The position numbers and the translations under genes are program-made. From contig JBBSSJ010000001.1 of the NCBI GenBank assembly GCA_038242095.1, positions 1 through 60,253 on the forward strand: a DNA stretch of 60,253 nt, in the 5' to 3' direction. Positions 1 to 9,770 of the stretch are shown piece by piece. The notes below the pieces were generated by a model, which was not told the DNA's origin, ran no database searches, and worked only from the letters and a program-made list of their open reading frames with translations. The DNA comes from Cytophagales bacterium (lineage in GTDB: Bacteria; Bacteroidota; Bacteroidia; Cytophagales; Spirosomataceae). Every line of letters begins with the position of its first letter. Position 1 is the first letter of the stretch.

Positions 1-1067
1 AGCCACAACCCTTTGGCCCCCGAGAAGAACGGAAAAATAGCCGTGGCCTCGGCAATAAACTTTGGAATAAACGGCGCGCCGGGCGAAAAACTATCGTGGT
101 ACCGCATCCACACGAAGGGGACCTGATCCTTTTTGCTCCACGCTCGGTTGGCCTCAATTTGGAATAAAAGATAGGTCAGATAGTCTTTGCCAATCGGATT
201 GTCGTATGGATAATAGTAGTAGGCCGAGGGCGTGAGCGTATTGAGCTGATCGTAAAATTGGCCCCCAATTTTCCCGGCTTCATCCTGCATTAGAAAGTGC
301 GTTCGTTGCTGATTCGTGGTCCAGTCGGGCCAGCTGTTGCTGGGAATATTGAGCCAGGTGCCACGTACAGGCACATCGCTGTAACTTGTGATTTTGGTAG
401 TGACAGAAATTCCCTTGCTGCGCAGGTACCGGACCGCTTCGGCGTACCACCACTTGATATCGCGCTTGTACACGCTCAGAAATTCGTCATCGGACAAAGC
501 GCGGTACTTCGCCGGTAACCGCTCATCACGCTTGAGGGGCAAAATATCGCGATCGAGCTCCTGCACGCGCTCGATGTCGAGACAAATAATGTCGGCATGG
601 GGTACGCCCGAGTCGCGCGAGTCGTCGAAGATATTAGCCATGTCGCTGATGTAGCGGTCCCAGTGCCGCCGGTACACCGCCGTGTCGTTGCCCCAGGGAC
701 TTTCGAGCCCCACTACTGACCAGGGCTGATTCGTTCCGTCGATACTGCCCACGCTGTACCATAGCAGGGCGCGATTGCGGGCTGGCAGGCTGCTGGCTTC
801 CGGTCCGCTAAAACTCGCCAGGTGGCTGAAACCGTGCCGCAGCGGCCGGGATTTGTTGTCGCCAAAGCGCGGGCCATTGTAAATTATGGTGAAAGGCAGG
901 GAAAATTCGGGGAATTTATCCCAGTCAATCCGGTTATTTTCTTTGACGGGATCCAAGACAAAATCAGTAGTGCAGTCTTGTGAAAAAGACAAATGTGTAT
1001 TGGCTAACCATAAGAAAGTCAGCAGTATGAAGCGAAAAGCTAATGTTGATCTTAATAAAATGGGCAT
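1..1067 (-). CDS. Secreted hypothetical protein, possibly a glycoside-hydrolase-like TIM barrel; runs off the window edge
   Basis: Not in the ORF track (no stop in window). Hand translation from ATG at 1067: MPILLRSTLAFRFILLTFLWLANTHLSFSQDCTTDFVLDP…ADIICLDIER…AIFPFFSGAKGLW. Signal-peptide-like N-terminus, frame open to position 1. Confidence 0.75.
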   Translation of the reverse strand, partial: MPILLRSTLAFRFILLTFLWLANTHLSFSQDCTTDFVLDPVKENNRIDWDKFPEFSLPFTIIYNGPRFGDNKSRPLRHGFSHLASFSGPEASSLPARNRALLWYSVGSIDGTNQPWSVVGLESPWGNDTAVYRRHWDRYISDMANIFDDSRDSGVPHADIICLDIERVQELDRDILPLKRDERLPAKYRALSDDEFLSVYKRDIKWWYAEAVRYLRSKGISVTTKITSYSDVPVRGTWLNIPSNSWPDWTTNQQRTHFLMQDEAGKIGGQFYDQLNTLTPSAYYYYPYDNPIGKDYLTYLLFQIEANRAWSKKDQVPFVWMRYHDSFSPGAPFIPKFIAEATAIFPFFSGAKGLW

Positions 1068-1088
1068 CGTTCTTACGTTCCTATTCGT

Positions 1089-1096
1089 TACTTTTG
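1089..1096 (+). promoter_or_regulatory. Bacteroidota sigma-A -7 element (TACTTTTG)
   Basis: Matches TAnnTTTG about 50 bp upstream of ATG 1145. Confidence 0.55.
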
Positions 1097-1144
1097 CAAA
1101 TAACCGCACCAAAGTGCGCAATCCCTAATTCATTCATACAAACG

Positions 1145-1603
1145 ATGATACGACTCAAAACACTCTTTTTACTCATGTTTGTGGTCCTGCTGGCCGCTTC
1201 GTGCGATAAGGACAAGCCTGGCCCACAGGAGCCCGAGAACTCAACAAAAAGCAAAATTCTAATTACCAATCCCTGGCGGCTCACCGACGTGACCGATCCC
1301 GCCGGAGTTAAAATCCCGGTTAATCAATTGGGTGGACAAACGCTGATTATTTACAGTTTCGACATACAGTTCTTTGACAACAATATCACCAAAGCACTTG
1401 ACCAGAAATCCCGTCAGGTAGTTAACGGCGGTACGTGGTACCTGAAAGAAAACGATCAAGTGCTCGATATCGAGATCACTCAATTCAAAGGAAACTTTGG
1501 CGTAAAGGAGCTGAGCCGTAACAAAATGTCGCTCAATACCCAAGTGCCCGTCAACGGCGTCGACTCGCCCGCCGTGCTGGTGTTTTCGCCGGTGGTGCAG
1601 TAA
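1145..1603 (+). CDS. Lipoprotein, lipocalin-like
   Basis: MIRLKTLFLLMFVVLLAASC lipobox; 'NPWRL' and 'GTWYL' lipocalin-like motifs. The ORF-track start at 1043 is probably over-extended. Confidence 0.75.
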   Translation: MIRLKTLFLLMFVVLLAASCDKDKPGPQEPENSTKSKILITNPWRLTDVTDPAGVKIPVNQLGGQTLIIYSFDIQFFDNNITKALDQKSRQVVNGGTWYLKENDQVLDIEITQFKGNFGVKELSRNKMSLNTQVPVNGVDSPAVLVFSPVVQ

Positions 1604-1622
1604 ACGATAGATGAATAAGTTG

Positions 1623-1653
1623 AAAGCGTCGGAATTTATTTCGGCGCTTTTTT
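1623..1653 (+). terminator. Rho-independent terminator
   Basis: AAAGCGTCGGAA…TTCGGCGCTTT hairpin (with G-U pairs) followed by a T-run. Confidence 0.65.
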
Positions 1654-1737
1654 ATAAAATAGCCCCCAGTGTTGGTGAATTCTCCTGAAACCACCAATTT
1701 GCACCCTTTCCAAACCCACTTAATTTTTTAAATCGCA

Positions 1738-2529
1738 ATGCTGAAACTTAATCACTTCATGTTTACCGTAGCCGCTGCTACCCTGGCTGCCGGTTCGGTT
1801 ATAGCCCAGGACGTACCCACGCCGCCTAAAATGTCGCCGGCTATGACTGAATTCTGGGAGCCGGAAGTCAAGACCGTGGCCGCACCCGAAAATGCGCCGC
1901 CCGCTGACGCCATCGTGCTGTTCGACGGCAAGAATCTGGATCAGTGGGCGTCGGTCAACGACCCTGCCAAACCCGCGGGCTGGACGGTCAGTGATGGCGT
2001 CTTGACGGTCAAAAAAGGTACCGGAAACATCCAGACCAAGCAGTCTTTCCATGACTACCAGCTGCACATCGAGTGGAAGGTACCAGCTGGTATTGTTGGC
2101 AAAGAGCAGGGGAGAGGCAACAGCGGTATTTTTCTGGCTTCGACGGGCAAGGGCGACGATGGTTACGAATTGCAGGTGCTCGACTCCTACAACAACCGCA
2201 CCTACGCCAACGGGCAGGCGGGCAGTATCTATAAGCAGACGCCCCCGCTTCGCAACGTGACGCGTAAGCCCGGCGAGTGGAATGTGTACGATGTCATATT
2301 TACCGGCCCGCGCTTCAAGGAAGACGGCACCTTGTTTTCACCCGCCCGCGTGACGGTACTACACAACGGTGTGGTGGTTCAGAACAACACCGAACTCCGC
2401 GGCCCCACGCAGTACATCGGCTTGCCTTCTTATAACAAACCTCACGGTAAAACCCCCATCAAACTACAAGACCACGGCGACCCCAGCGAGGCGATTAGCT
2501 TCAAGAACATTTGGATTAGAGAGCTGTAA
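1738..2529 (+). CDS. DUF1080 (3-keto-disaccharide hydrolase family) secreted protein
   Basis: Signal peptide; LFDGKNLDQW, GNSGIF, YELQVLD, LQDHG and FKNIWIREL motifs. Confidence 0.9.
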   Translation: MLKLNHFMFTVAAATLAAGSVIAQDVPTPPKMSPAMTEFWEPEVKTVAAPENAPPADAIVLFDGKNLDQWASVNDPAKPAGWTVSDGVLTVKKGTGNIQTKQSFHDYQLHIEWKVPAGIVGKEQGRGNSGIFLASTGKGDDGYELQVLDSYNNRTYANGQAGSIYKQTPPLRNVTRKPGEWNVYDVIFTGPRFKEDGTLFSPARVTVLHNGVVVQNNTELRGPTQYIGLPSYNKPHGKTPIKLQDHGDPSEAISFKNIWIREL

Positions 2530-2561
2530 GTCAATTCCTGCCTTATTCTATCATTCACTCA

Positions 2562-3878
2562 TTGATAAAGAAGAACGACCGCCGGACGGTGAACGCCTGG
2601 TGCATGTACGACTGGGCCAATTCGGTCCATCCGCTGGTGATTACTTCCAGTATATTTCCGGTTTATTTCACCGCCACGGCCCTCAACGCGCAGGGTGGCA
2701 TGGTCGTCGATTTCCTGGGCTTTTCGATCAAGAATTCCGTGCTGTTTTCTTACGCAGTTTCTTTTTCGTTTTTGCTGGTCGTATTGCTGATTCCCTTCTG
2801 CACCGCCATCGCCGATTATACGGGACGCAAGAAGCTGTTCATGAAAATCTTCTGCTACTCGGGCGCGGTTTGCTGCGCGATGCTCTACTTTTTTACCCGT
2901 GAAACCACCACCTTCGGCGTGCTGATGTTCGTGGCGAGTTTGGTTGGCTACTCGGGTAGCATCGTGTTCTATTATTCCTTTCTGCCCGAAATTGCCACGG
3001 AAGAAAACTATGACCGTTACAGCGCGCGCGGCTTTTCGCTGGGCTACGTTGGCAGCGTGATCCTGCTGATATTCAACCTCACGATGGTGCTGTACCCCGA
3101 TGTTTACGGAATCACCGATAAGGCGCTTCCAGCCCGTATTTCGTTTCTGACCGTGGGAATCTGGTGGATCGGCTTTGCGCAGATTCCATTCAAGTACTTG
3201 CCCGAGAATGTTTTTGGCAAGAAACCGACGGGTAACTGGCTGTTCAATGGCTTCCGGGAATTGCGCAAGGTGTACGGCCAAATGCGCACGCAGATATACT
3301 TGCCCAAATACCTCACTGCCTTTTTTGTCTTTAATATGGGCGTGCAGACCGTCATGTACGTGGCTTCTATTTTTGGGGCCATCGAGCTGAAACTGCCTGC
3401 GCAGAATTTGATTATGACGGTGCTGGTGATTCAAATTGTGGGTATTGTCGGCTCCTATGCTTTCTCCTATCTTTCGTCCAAGATGGGTAATATTTATGCG
3501 CTGATGATTGGCGTTACGATCTGGATTGGCGTTTGCCTGGGGGCCTACTACATCACGCGGGCCAACGAATTTTATGTACTGGCGGCGGTCGTCGGGATGG
3601 TGATGGGCGGCGTGCAGGCACTTTCACGGGCCACCTACTCCAAGCTGATTCCTGAGAATACGCAGGATACGGCTTCTTATTTCAGTTTCTACGACGTGAT
3701 GGAGAAGTCTTCCGTCGTCGTAGGGACGCTGGTTTATGGCGTAGTAGAGCAGGCTACGGGTAGTATGCGCAACAGCGTGTTGGCGCTGATGGTCATCTTC
3801 ATTGCGGGCCTACTGTTGCTTTCCCGCATTCCTTCGCAAAAAATCTACCGTTTTCGTTTGGAAAAAAGCGCAAATTAG
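2562..3878 (+). CDS. MFS transporter, UMF1/Atg22-like
   Basis: AWCMYDWANS N-terminal motif, about 12 hydrophobic segments, QALSRA motif. Confidence 0.88.
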   Translation: MIKKNDRRTVNAWCMYDWANSVHPLVITSSIFPVYFTATALNAQGGMVVDFLGFSIKNSVLFSYAVSFSFLLVVLLIPFCTAIADYTGRKKLFMKIFCYSGAVCCAMLYFFTRETTTFGVLMFVASLVGYSGSIVFYYSFLPEIATEENYDRYSARGFSLGYVGSVILLIFNLTMVLYPDVYGITDKALPARISFLTVGIWWIGFAQIPFKYLPENVFGKKPTGNWLFNGFRELRKVYGQMRTQIYLPKYLTAFFVFNMGVQTVMYVASIFGAIELKLPAQNLIMTVLVIQIVGIVGSYAFSYLSSKMGNIYALMIGVTIWIGVCLGAYYITRANEFYVLAAVVGMVMGGVQALSRATYSKLIPENTQDTASYFSFYDVMEKSSVVVGTLVYGVVEQATGSMRNSVLALMVIFIAGLLLLSRIPSQKIYRFRLEKSAN

Positions 3879-3886
3879 TATCTTTG
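3857..3886 (+). promoter_or_regulatory. Bacteroidota promoter for tRNA-Val (TTTG -33 … TATCTTTG -7)
   Basis: TTTG at 3857-3860 and TATCTTTG at 3879-3886, 15 bp before the tRNA. Confidence 0.65.
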
Positions 3887-3900
3887 CCCTCCCGTCTCGC

Positions 3901-3975
3901 AGGATGTTAGCTCAGTTGGTTCAGAGCGCCGCCTTGACAGGGCGGAGGTCAGCGGTTCGAGCCCGCTACGTCCTA
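3901..3975 (+). tRNA. tRNA-Val (GAC)
   Basis: Acceptor stem AGGATGT/ACGTCCT, D arm GCTC-AGTTGGTTCA-GAGC, anticodon stem CCGCC-TTGACAG-GGCGG, T loop GGTTCGAG; CCA not encoded. Confidence 0.97.
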
Positions 3976-3976
3976 C

Positions 3977-4016
3977 AAAAGAAATGCCTCTGGAAAATTC
4001 CAGAGGCATTTCTTTT
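3977..4016. terminator. Bidirectional intrinsic terminator
   Basis: AAAAGAAATGCCTCTGGAA-AA-TTCCAGAGGCATTTCTTTT between the tRNA and a convergent gene. Confidence 0.85.
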
Positions 4017-4062
4017 GTAGATGTCTTGCTGACCATTAATTCAAAAGAAGCCAGCAACCGGA

Positions 4063-5094
4063 TTATAAGGTATTTCCAGCTTTATCTCTGCTCACTAATT
4101 CAGCATTCACCTTTTCAAGCCAAACGTACTGCCCCGAGCATGACCAATGTGAGTCGCTGTGGAGGTAAGCACCTGCCTCCATCTTCCTGAATTCCTGTAG
4201 TACGTCGATTCTATTGACAGCGAGCTGAGGGTTACGGTATACCCGTTCGATCAGGCGGTTATATTCGCCGTATTCCGGCATCAGAATGGTAGCTTTATTG
4301 GGAATAATGGAAAAAAGTACCTGATCGAAGCCCAGTTTTTTCAGATACGCTTCATCAAAATTCATCACCTTAACCATCGAATCCACTTCGGCATTTAATA
4401 AGTAGGCATAGGAAGAGGTTGCCATCGTGCTATCGGTATCCTCGTAGTACAGCAACGCGCTGGAATTAGGGGTGAGCATGACCTTGGGGCTGGTGCGGTC
4501 AAAAAATCTGCGGTTGAGGCCGCTTTTCCATTCTTTTATTTTTAGAAAAAAATCGTACTCAAAAAGAATCGTCGAAAGTCGCTCTTCGGTGGGTTCCGAG
4601 GCAAAGGCGCGGTCGAGGCGAGCCATGAATTTGGTCCCGTCGGGCACGCTGACGAACGTCGCCGTGTCGGGGACGATGTTGCAAATCGGGGCAGCAAAGT
4701 GCTCTCGCGCCTTGCGCTCGACCGATTCCAGCAGGATAATATTGATAAAAGCCGGGTCGAGTTTGAGGTGTAGCTCCGTGGCCCAGTGCGCAAACTGGTA
4801 GGTATCGACCGCAAAGTCGGCGGAGTCGATGCGCTGGGCCTCAGCGAAGCTATCCCCGATGATGTACAAGGCCACCGGGCGGTCGCCACTGCGGGCAAAC
4901 GCGGGAAACGGTTCGCACGATGATTTAAGCTCCTTGAATTCCGCCAGATTAGCCAGACGATATAGATCACCGTAGCGATAATCGTCAGGAATTACCTCGG
5001 CGCGATATAGCACGTTAAGGATTTCGGTATGGCAGCCCGCAATCCAAATCGCCCCGAAAAATACCAGCGCCAGCGCTTTGAGAATCTTTATCAT
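4063..5094 (-). CDS. SGNH-hydrolase-like protein (AlgJ/AlgX-type O-acetyltransferase?)
   Basis: IIGDSF and DSHWS (DxH) motifs, 'IIPNK' motif, N-terminal membrane anchor. Confidence 0.6.
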   Translation of the reverse strand: MIKILKALALVFFGAIWIAGCHTEILNVLYRAEVIPDDYRYGDLYRLANLAEFKELKSSCEPFPAFARSGDRPVALYIIGDSFAEAQRIDSADFAVDTYQFAHWATELHLKLDPAFINIILLESVERKAREHFAAPICNIVPDTATFVSVPDGTKFMARLDRAFASEPTEERLSTILFEYDFFLKIKEWKSGLNRRFFDRTSPKVMLTPNSSALLYYEDTDSTMATSSYAYLLNAEVDSMVKVMNFDEAYLKKLGFDQVLFSIIPNKATILMPEYGEYNRLIERVYRNPQLAVNRIDVLQEFRKMEAGAYLHSDSHWSCSGQYVWLEKVNAELVSRDKAGNTL

Positions 5095-7754
5095 CAGCGG
5101 ATTTTGATTGTCCAGGCCTGGTACTTGTCCGCGCTTCGGCCAAAAATGAATACTTTGTAGTAAGCTGCCTGGTAGCTGAGCTGGACCGGTACCTCCGATG
5201 GAATCGGCTTGTCGCCCAGGCGACGGCCCGTCATGTCAAAAATTGAGGTGTACCCGCCGGAACTCACGGTAATAAAGCGGTTGTCGACCCCGAAATAATG
5301 GTACTGAATCACGGAGCCGGGCGCGATATTCTGAATTTCGAAAATCTCATTACCCGCCTTATCCAGCAGTGCCGCCCGAGTGTCGGTGGTGCGCAGCAGC
5401 AGCCAGTCGAGGGAGTTTTGGTCGAAGATGGTTTGAAAGCGCTCGCTTGATTGAGGACGTAATAGCTGCCGCCTTTCCTGAATCGCGCCGTCGGTCGCGA
5501 TGCGCACCAGCTCGCCAGTGGCATTGCTCCCGACCAGTTCGGGTTGGGCCGTAGTGGCATTTTGCGACCAGGCGAAAGCGCCGGTGATCCGCGCCAGCAT
5601 GTCCACCGGGAAGCCGGACCGGACGGAGCCGTCTTCCCGCAACAAGTAAACAAAACCGTTGCTTTGCGTCACGATCAGCGAGCGGCCGCCCAACTGATTT
5701 AGTGAAATGACCGGCGATACGACTTCGGTAAAGGCCTTGCCCCGGTTAATTTTAGCAGGGGACTTTCCTGCACTTTCCCATAAATATAGATCATCTGCCT
5801 CGTCGGTCGCCACGAAACGGCTGCTCCCCGCACTGCCGCCTTCGATCCTGACCAATTGCTTGATGTTTCGGTTTGACGGCAGGCTGACGCGAATCGGCGT
5901 AACGATGCCTTTGTCGTCTTCATCGATGGCGTACAAACTTCGGGCGGTCGCCAGAATGAGTTGCGGGCGGCCAATGTTCAGGAAATCGGAAGTAAAGGGT
6001 TGCACCACCAGCGGCCCGTCGAGTTGCGTCACCGGCGTTGGCTTATCCGACCCGGTTCCAACCCGAAGCAGTTGATTTTTATCATCGGTAAGCAGAATCT
6101 GGGCTGAGCCATCGGCCTGGTTAGGCGAAACGGCTACCAGCGCGTTGTTGCCTTCCTTCCATTCAATTTCGCTGGCCAAAAAAGTGCGGTTAAGTACCTT
6201 GCCGGAGGTACGTCGCTTTTTGGGTATAATGGTCAGCCGGGGATAGGACTTTTTACCGTCCAAGAGGCATTCGAACACAACGCTTTCGACATTGGTGAAA
6301 AAAATCCCCTCCGCATTCCCGCGCGCCCCCACTTTGCGCAGACTGGCGACCATTGCCAATTGAGCGGGGGCTCTTTTGGTGACCAGCACGCTGTCGAGCT
6401 CGGGTGACTGCTGCCAGGTCAGTCGGTTTTCGTAATCCGAAATGTAGTTTTGCAGCGCTTGGGAGCTATTGCTGAGCACCAGATAGGGACCGACGTAAGA
6501 AATGTAGGTGCGGGGGAAGCCCGCAAATAGCGGTCCGTACAAAGCCGCCGGAAGTTCAGGAATCGGAACCGAAAACAGGTCATATCCCTGTTGTTTCCCC
6601 AGCGAAGCGTTCGATTCGTCGTTGGCCAGTCGGGCGAGTTTGGTGAGCAGCGGGCGGAGTTTGTCGTAATGGGCATACTCGATCAATGCCAGTTTGCCAT
6701 CGGTGATGCTGTTGTTGCCTTCCATCTGGCACAGAATCAGTTCCGATCCTACGTTCGTAATCAAATCCTGCCGGGATTCTCCAAGGTAATAACCCAGTTT
6801 CTCCCAGGCGGCCCCGCCGTAGCCATCGTGCCAGTCGCGGAAATTCTCACCAAATTGCAGACTATCGGCGCTGGCAATTCGGTAGAAAAGCGAAGTCTGC
6901 TGGGAAATATGCTGGTGGCGGTTGAAGGGTTTTCCTTTCTGTCCGGCCAGCCAATCGGCGGCGTAGCCGGGTGTCCGGTCGGTCCCGAGGGATACAAATT
7001 CAACGGTGCTTTTTTTAGTGTCTTCCAGGTGGTAATCCTGAAAAGCAGGGAACAGTTTGAAGTACTCGACCAGCGTACTTTGGGAAGCCAGCGGCTTGAA
7101 AATTAGATTCTTCCACACCGATTGATCCAGGTAAGCGTTCAGACCAAAGTCGGAATCGTCCGATTTTTCAAACTTATCCTGCAACCTGGAACCACCTGAT
7201 CCCGCATCCAACTGTCGCAACACGTCCTCAATCATGTCGCCGTACTGACTCACGATCAAATAGTTGTCCCTAATGATGTAAGAGCATACCGGCTTGGAAG
7301 CGGTATTGTTGATGTCGGTAATCGATGTGTTCTGGTAAGTGTGGCGCATCACCCGGGTATCAGGACGGTTAGGGCTGGTCCACCAGTCAATTTCTTCCTG
7401 GCCTTGCAGCGGCACGTACATGATCACGCCAAAACCCGCCGAGGTGCGCGGGTGGTAAGAGTAGGTGATAAGCTTGTCTTTCAAAGTACGCTCGAACACC
7501 GGAATATCGCGCGTAATCCATAATAAAAGCGACAGGCTTTCAGTGGCCTGGCTAATGAGCGGAAACTGCTTGACATTGATGGAAGCCTCGGAAACCAAAA
7601 AGGTGGAATCCTGCAAACGGTCGCTCGTCACAACGGCACTGGCGTTGGCCGGAATAAACCGCCAGGCCGCCGCGCCGGTACGTCCCTGCAACAAGAAGTA
7701 AGCGGCAACGGCCAGCAGCCCTATCACTAAAATCGGTACCGCGAGTTTTTTCAA
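5094..7754 (-). CDS. Large membrane-anchored hypothetical protein (DUF3352-like N-terminal part, beta-propeller-like C-terminal part)
   Basis: 886-aa ORF, N-terminal TM, 'AWRFIPANAS', C-terminal 'DGSVRSGFPV' propeller-type motif. Confidence 0.6.
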   Translation of the reverse strand: MKKLAVPILVIGLLAVAAYFLLQGRTGAAAWRFIPANASAVVTSDRLQDSTFLVSEASINVKQFPLISQATESLSLLLWITRDIPVFERTLKDKLITYSYHPRTSAGFGVIMYVPLQGQEEIDWWTSPNRPDTRVMRHTYQNTSITDINNTASKPVCSYIIRDNYLIVSQYGDMIEDVLRQLDAGSGGSRLQDKFEKSDDSDFGLNAYLDQSVWKNLIFKPLASQSTLVEYFKLFPAFQDYHLEDTKKSTVEFVSLGTDRTPGYAADWLAGQKGKPFNRHQHISQQTSLFYRIASADSLQFGENFRDWHDGYGGAAWEKLGYYLGESRQDLITNVGSELILCQMEGNNSITDGKLALIEYAHYDKLRPLLTKLARLANDESNASLGKQQGYDLFSVPIPELPAALYGPLFAGFPRTYISYVGPYLVLSNSSQALQNYISDYENRLTWQQSPELDSVLVTKRAPAQLAMVASLRKVGARGNAEGIFFTNVESVVFECLLDGKKSYPRLTIIPKKRRTSGKVLNRTFLASEIEWKEGNNALVAVSPNQADGSAQILLTDDKNQLLRVGTGSDKPTPVTQLDGPLVVQPFTSDFLNIGRPQLILATARSLYAIDEDDKGIVTPIRVSLPSNRNIKQLVRIEGGSAGSSRFVATDEADDLYLWESAGKSPAKINRGKAFTEVVSPVISLNQLGGRSLIVTQSNGFVYLLREDGSVRSGFPVDMLARITGAFAWSQNATTAQPELVGSNATGELVRIATDGAIQERRQLLRPQSSERFQTIFDQNSLDWLLLRTTDTRAALLDKAGNEIFEIQNIAPGSVIQYHYFGVDNRFITVSSGGYTSIFDMTGRRLGDKPIPSEVPVQLSYQAAYYKVFIFGRSADKYQAWTIKIR

Positions 7755-7783
7755 GAGAGGAATCTGATTTTGGGTAATGTAAA

Positions 7784-8521
7784 CTAACCCTTTAACGCTT
7801 TTACCTTATCATTGAGCTCCAAGCGGAAGCGGAGTAGCTCCCGGAAACTCTGGATGCACACTTTCCAAAGATTCCACTTGACGATGGAAACCGTGCCCGT
7901 TTCGCGGTCCTTGTGCGTGATGGGAATGTCGTACAGCTTCTCACCCGCCTTTTTTGCCATAACCGACAGAAAGATGTTGGGCGCAAACGGTGGCGGATCG
8001 GGTAACGCCTGCATTAATTTTTTAAGAAAATTTCCTTCAATCAGCCGGAATGGAATGTTGCTGTCCAAAATGTAGGTGCCATAGACCGTCGAGATCGTGC
8101 CGCGCAATACGCGGGTAATGAACAAGCGGACCGACGCATCGTGACGAATCTCGCGATACCCAAGAATGAAGCGCGAGTCGTGGCAGTGCTTCCACAGCTT
8201 ATCGAAATCGTCAGTCACGAACTGGTCGTCGCTGTCGGTTTGGAAAACGTGTTGTGAATTGAGCGCCACCGCTTTTTTATAGCCATTAACGACCGCGTTG
8301 CCATGCCCGCCGTTGGGCTGGTTGATGACCGTGAGCCGGGGATTGGTCAGGCTCATTTTGTCAAGCAACGCGCCCGTAGCGTCTATGGAGCCATCATTGA
8401 TGACGATGAGCGTGGTCTGGTCGTCGGGAAATTTATTTTTTAAAAAATCCGTCCAATTTTCCACCACCTTTTCAATGCAGTCGGCTTCGTTATAGGCGGG
8501 CATTACGATACTTAGTAACAA
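7784..8521 (-). CDS. Glycosyltransferase family 2 (DPM1-like)
   Basis: SIVMPAYNE, INDGSID, NGGHG, TDSDDQ motifs. Confidence 0.9.
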   Translation of the reverse strand: MLLSIVMPAYNEADCIEKVVENWTDFLKNKFPDDQTTLIVINDGSIDATGALLDKMSLTNPRLTVINQPNGGHGNAVVNGYKKAVALNSQHVFQTDSDDQFVTDDFDKLWKHCHDSRFILGYREIRHDASVRLFITRVLRGTISTVYGTYILDSNIPFRLIEGNFLKKLMQALPDPPPFAPNIFLSVMAKKAGEKLYDIPITHKDRETGTVSIVKWNLWKVCIQSFRELLRFRLELNDKVKALKG

Positions 8522-8661
8522 GTTATTGTTAGTTTGTGTGATGGGGTGTAATTGTTGAATCGTGTAATGGTTTAGGCGTTTATTTATTTAGAAGGTTTCC
8601 TTTGTGCCTCCCAAAAAACTTTCCGCAAAATTACGGATTTAGATTTACCCACCACTACCAT

Positions 8662-9768
8662 TTACCGAGCGTAGCGGTCTTTCAGGTTATTGATAGGTTT
8701 TTCGATGAATTGCCACGATAAGGCGGCAAGCAAAGCCGTGAGCGCGAAGAACAAAAACATCTGAAAAACCTGGGAGTTACCGAGGGCCGGAGCCCAACTT
8801 TGGATCTTGTGCAAAAGCCGCAGCGTCGGGTGGGTAGGTTGGGTGTGAAAATGGTTGTAAATAAAGTTATGGTACAAGTACATGCCATAGCTAATCTTGC
8901 CCAGGTAGCTGCTCACGGGATTTTCCAAAAACCATCGCATCGGGCCAGTGTAGCCAATCACGGCCTTGCCGATCAGGAAAAAACAAAAGATCGAACTTAC
9001 CAGCCGGTCCACGACGTCGTTGGCGATGTTGTGGATTTCGACGTGTGCTTTTGACCAAAATTGCAGCAGAATCCAGGTGGCCAGGCTTAGCCAGATCAAC
9101 CAGGTTTTGTTGAATAGCTTTTTGAAAACTTCCGGCTTGCGCAATTGCAGCCAAGCCATAATCCCGCCCAGCCCAAAGGAGTCGAGACACATGGGCATCG
9201 ATACGTAATTAACCATCCACTCGTAGCCAGCCAGGAAAAAGTACAGCCGTAGCAGCACGCTCATTACAATCATCGAAACGAGCATCGTGACGAGCCAGCG
9301 GCGGGGCGTCAGAAAAATGACGAAGGGGAAGAAGATATAGAATTGCTCCTCCACCGCCAATGACCAAAAATGGTCGATGACCCCCATCCAATGCTGATTG
9401 TAGGCGATGTAAATATTCGTCGCGTACAGCATACACCACCCAATGGTGTCGCGGACAGGGGGAACATCGAGCGCGTAAAGCACCGCGACCGTCAGGTAAT
9501 AAATCGGAAAAATACGGAGCGTCCGGCGGATGTAAAACTTCTTGAGGTAACGCCCCATGCCGCCTTCCTGGTCGATGTTTTTCTCCCGGCTCACCATCAA
9601 AATTCGGGTGATCAGGAAGCCGCTCAGTACGAAAAAGAGCGTCACGCCCAGCGGTCCATAGGGAATCGTGTTGAACTCGGCCAGCCAGTGGTCCACGAGC
9701 ACAAGCGCCACCGCCAGAAAACGAAGTCCGTCGAGTTGGAGAAGATAGCCGTTTTTGGTCGCGCGCAT
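8662..9768 (-). CDS. Acyltransferase family 3 (OafA-like O-acyltransferase)
   Basis: LDGLRFLA, FFVLSGFLI, RRTLRIFPIY, HFWSLAVEEQFY, GKISYGMYLYH, IEKP. Confidence 0.93.
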   Translation of the reverse strand: MRATKNGYLLQLDGLRFLAVALVLVDHWLAEFNTIPYGPLGVTLFFVLSGFLITRILMVSREKNIDQEGGMGRYLKKFYIRRTLRIFPIYYLTVAVLYALDVPPVRDTIGWCMLYATNIYIAYNQHWMGVIDHFWSLAVEEQFYIFFPFVIFLTPRRWLVTMLVSMIVMSVLLRLYFFLAGYEWMVNYVSMPMCLDSFGLGGIMAWLQLRKPEVFKKLFNKTWLIWLSLATWILLQFWSKAHVEIHNIANDVVDRLVSSIFCFFLIGKAVIGYTGPMRWFLENPVSSYLGKISYGMYLYHNFIYNHFHTQPTHPTLRLLHKIQSWAPALGNSQVFQMFLFFALTALLAALSWQFIEKPINNLKDRYAR

Positions 9769-9770
9769 AG

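Noticed and set aside
2559-3434. Long antisense ORFs (also 12802-13671, 15208-16095, 24590-25375, 30352-31092 and similar)
   Set aside because: Reverse-frame shadows of well-supported genes with GC-rich third positions
3901-4016. tRNA-Val as an integration site for an island
   Set aside because: No integrase and no duplicated tRNA 3' end noticed in the window
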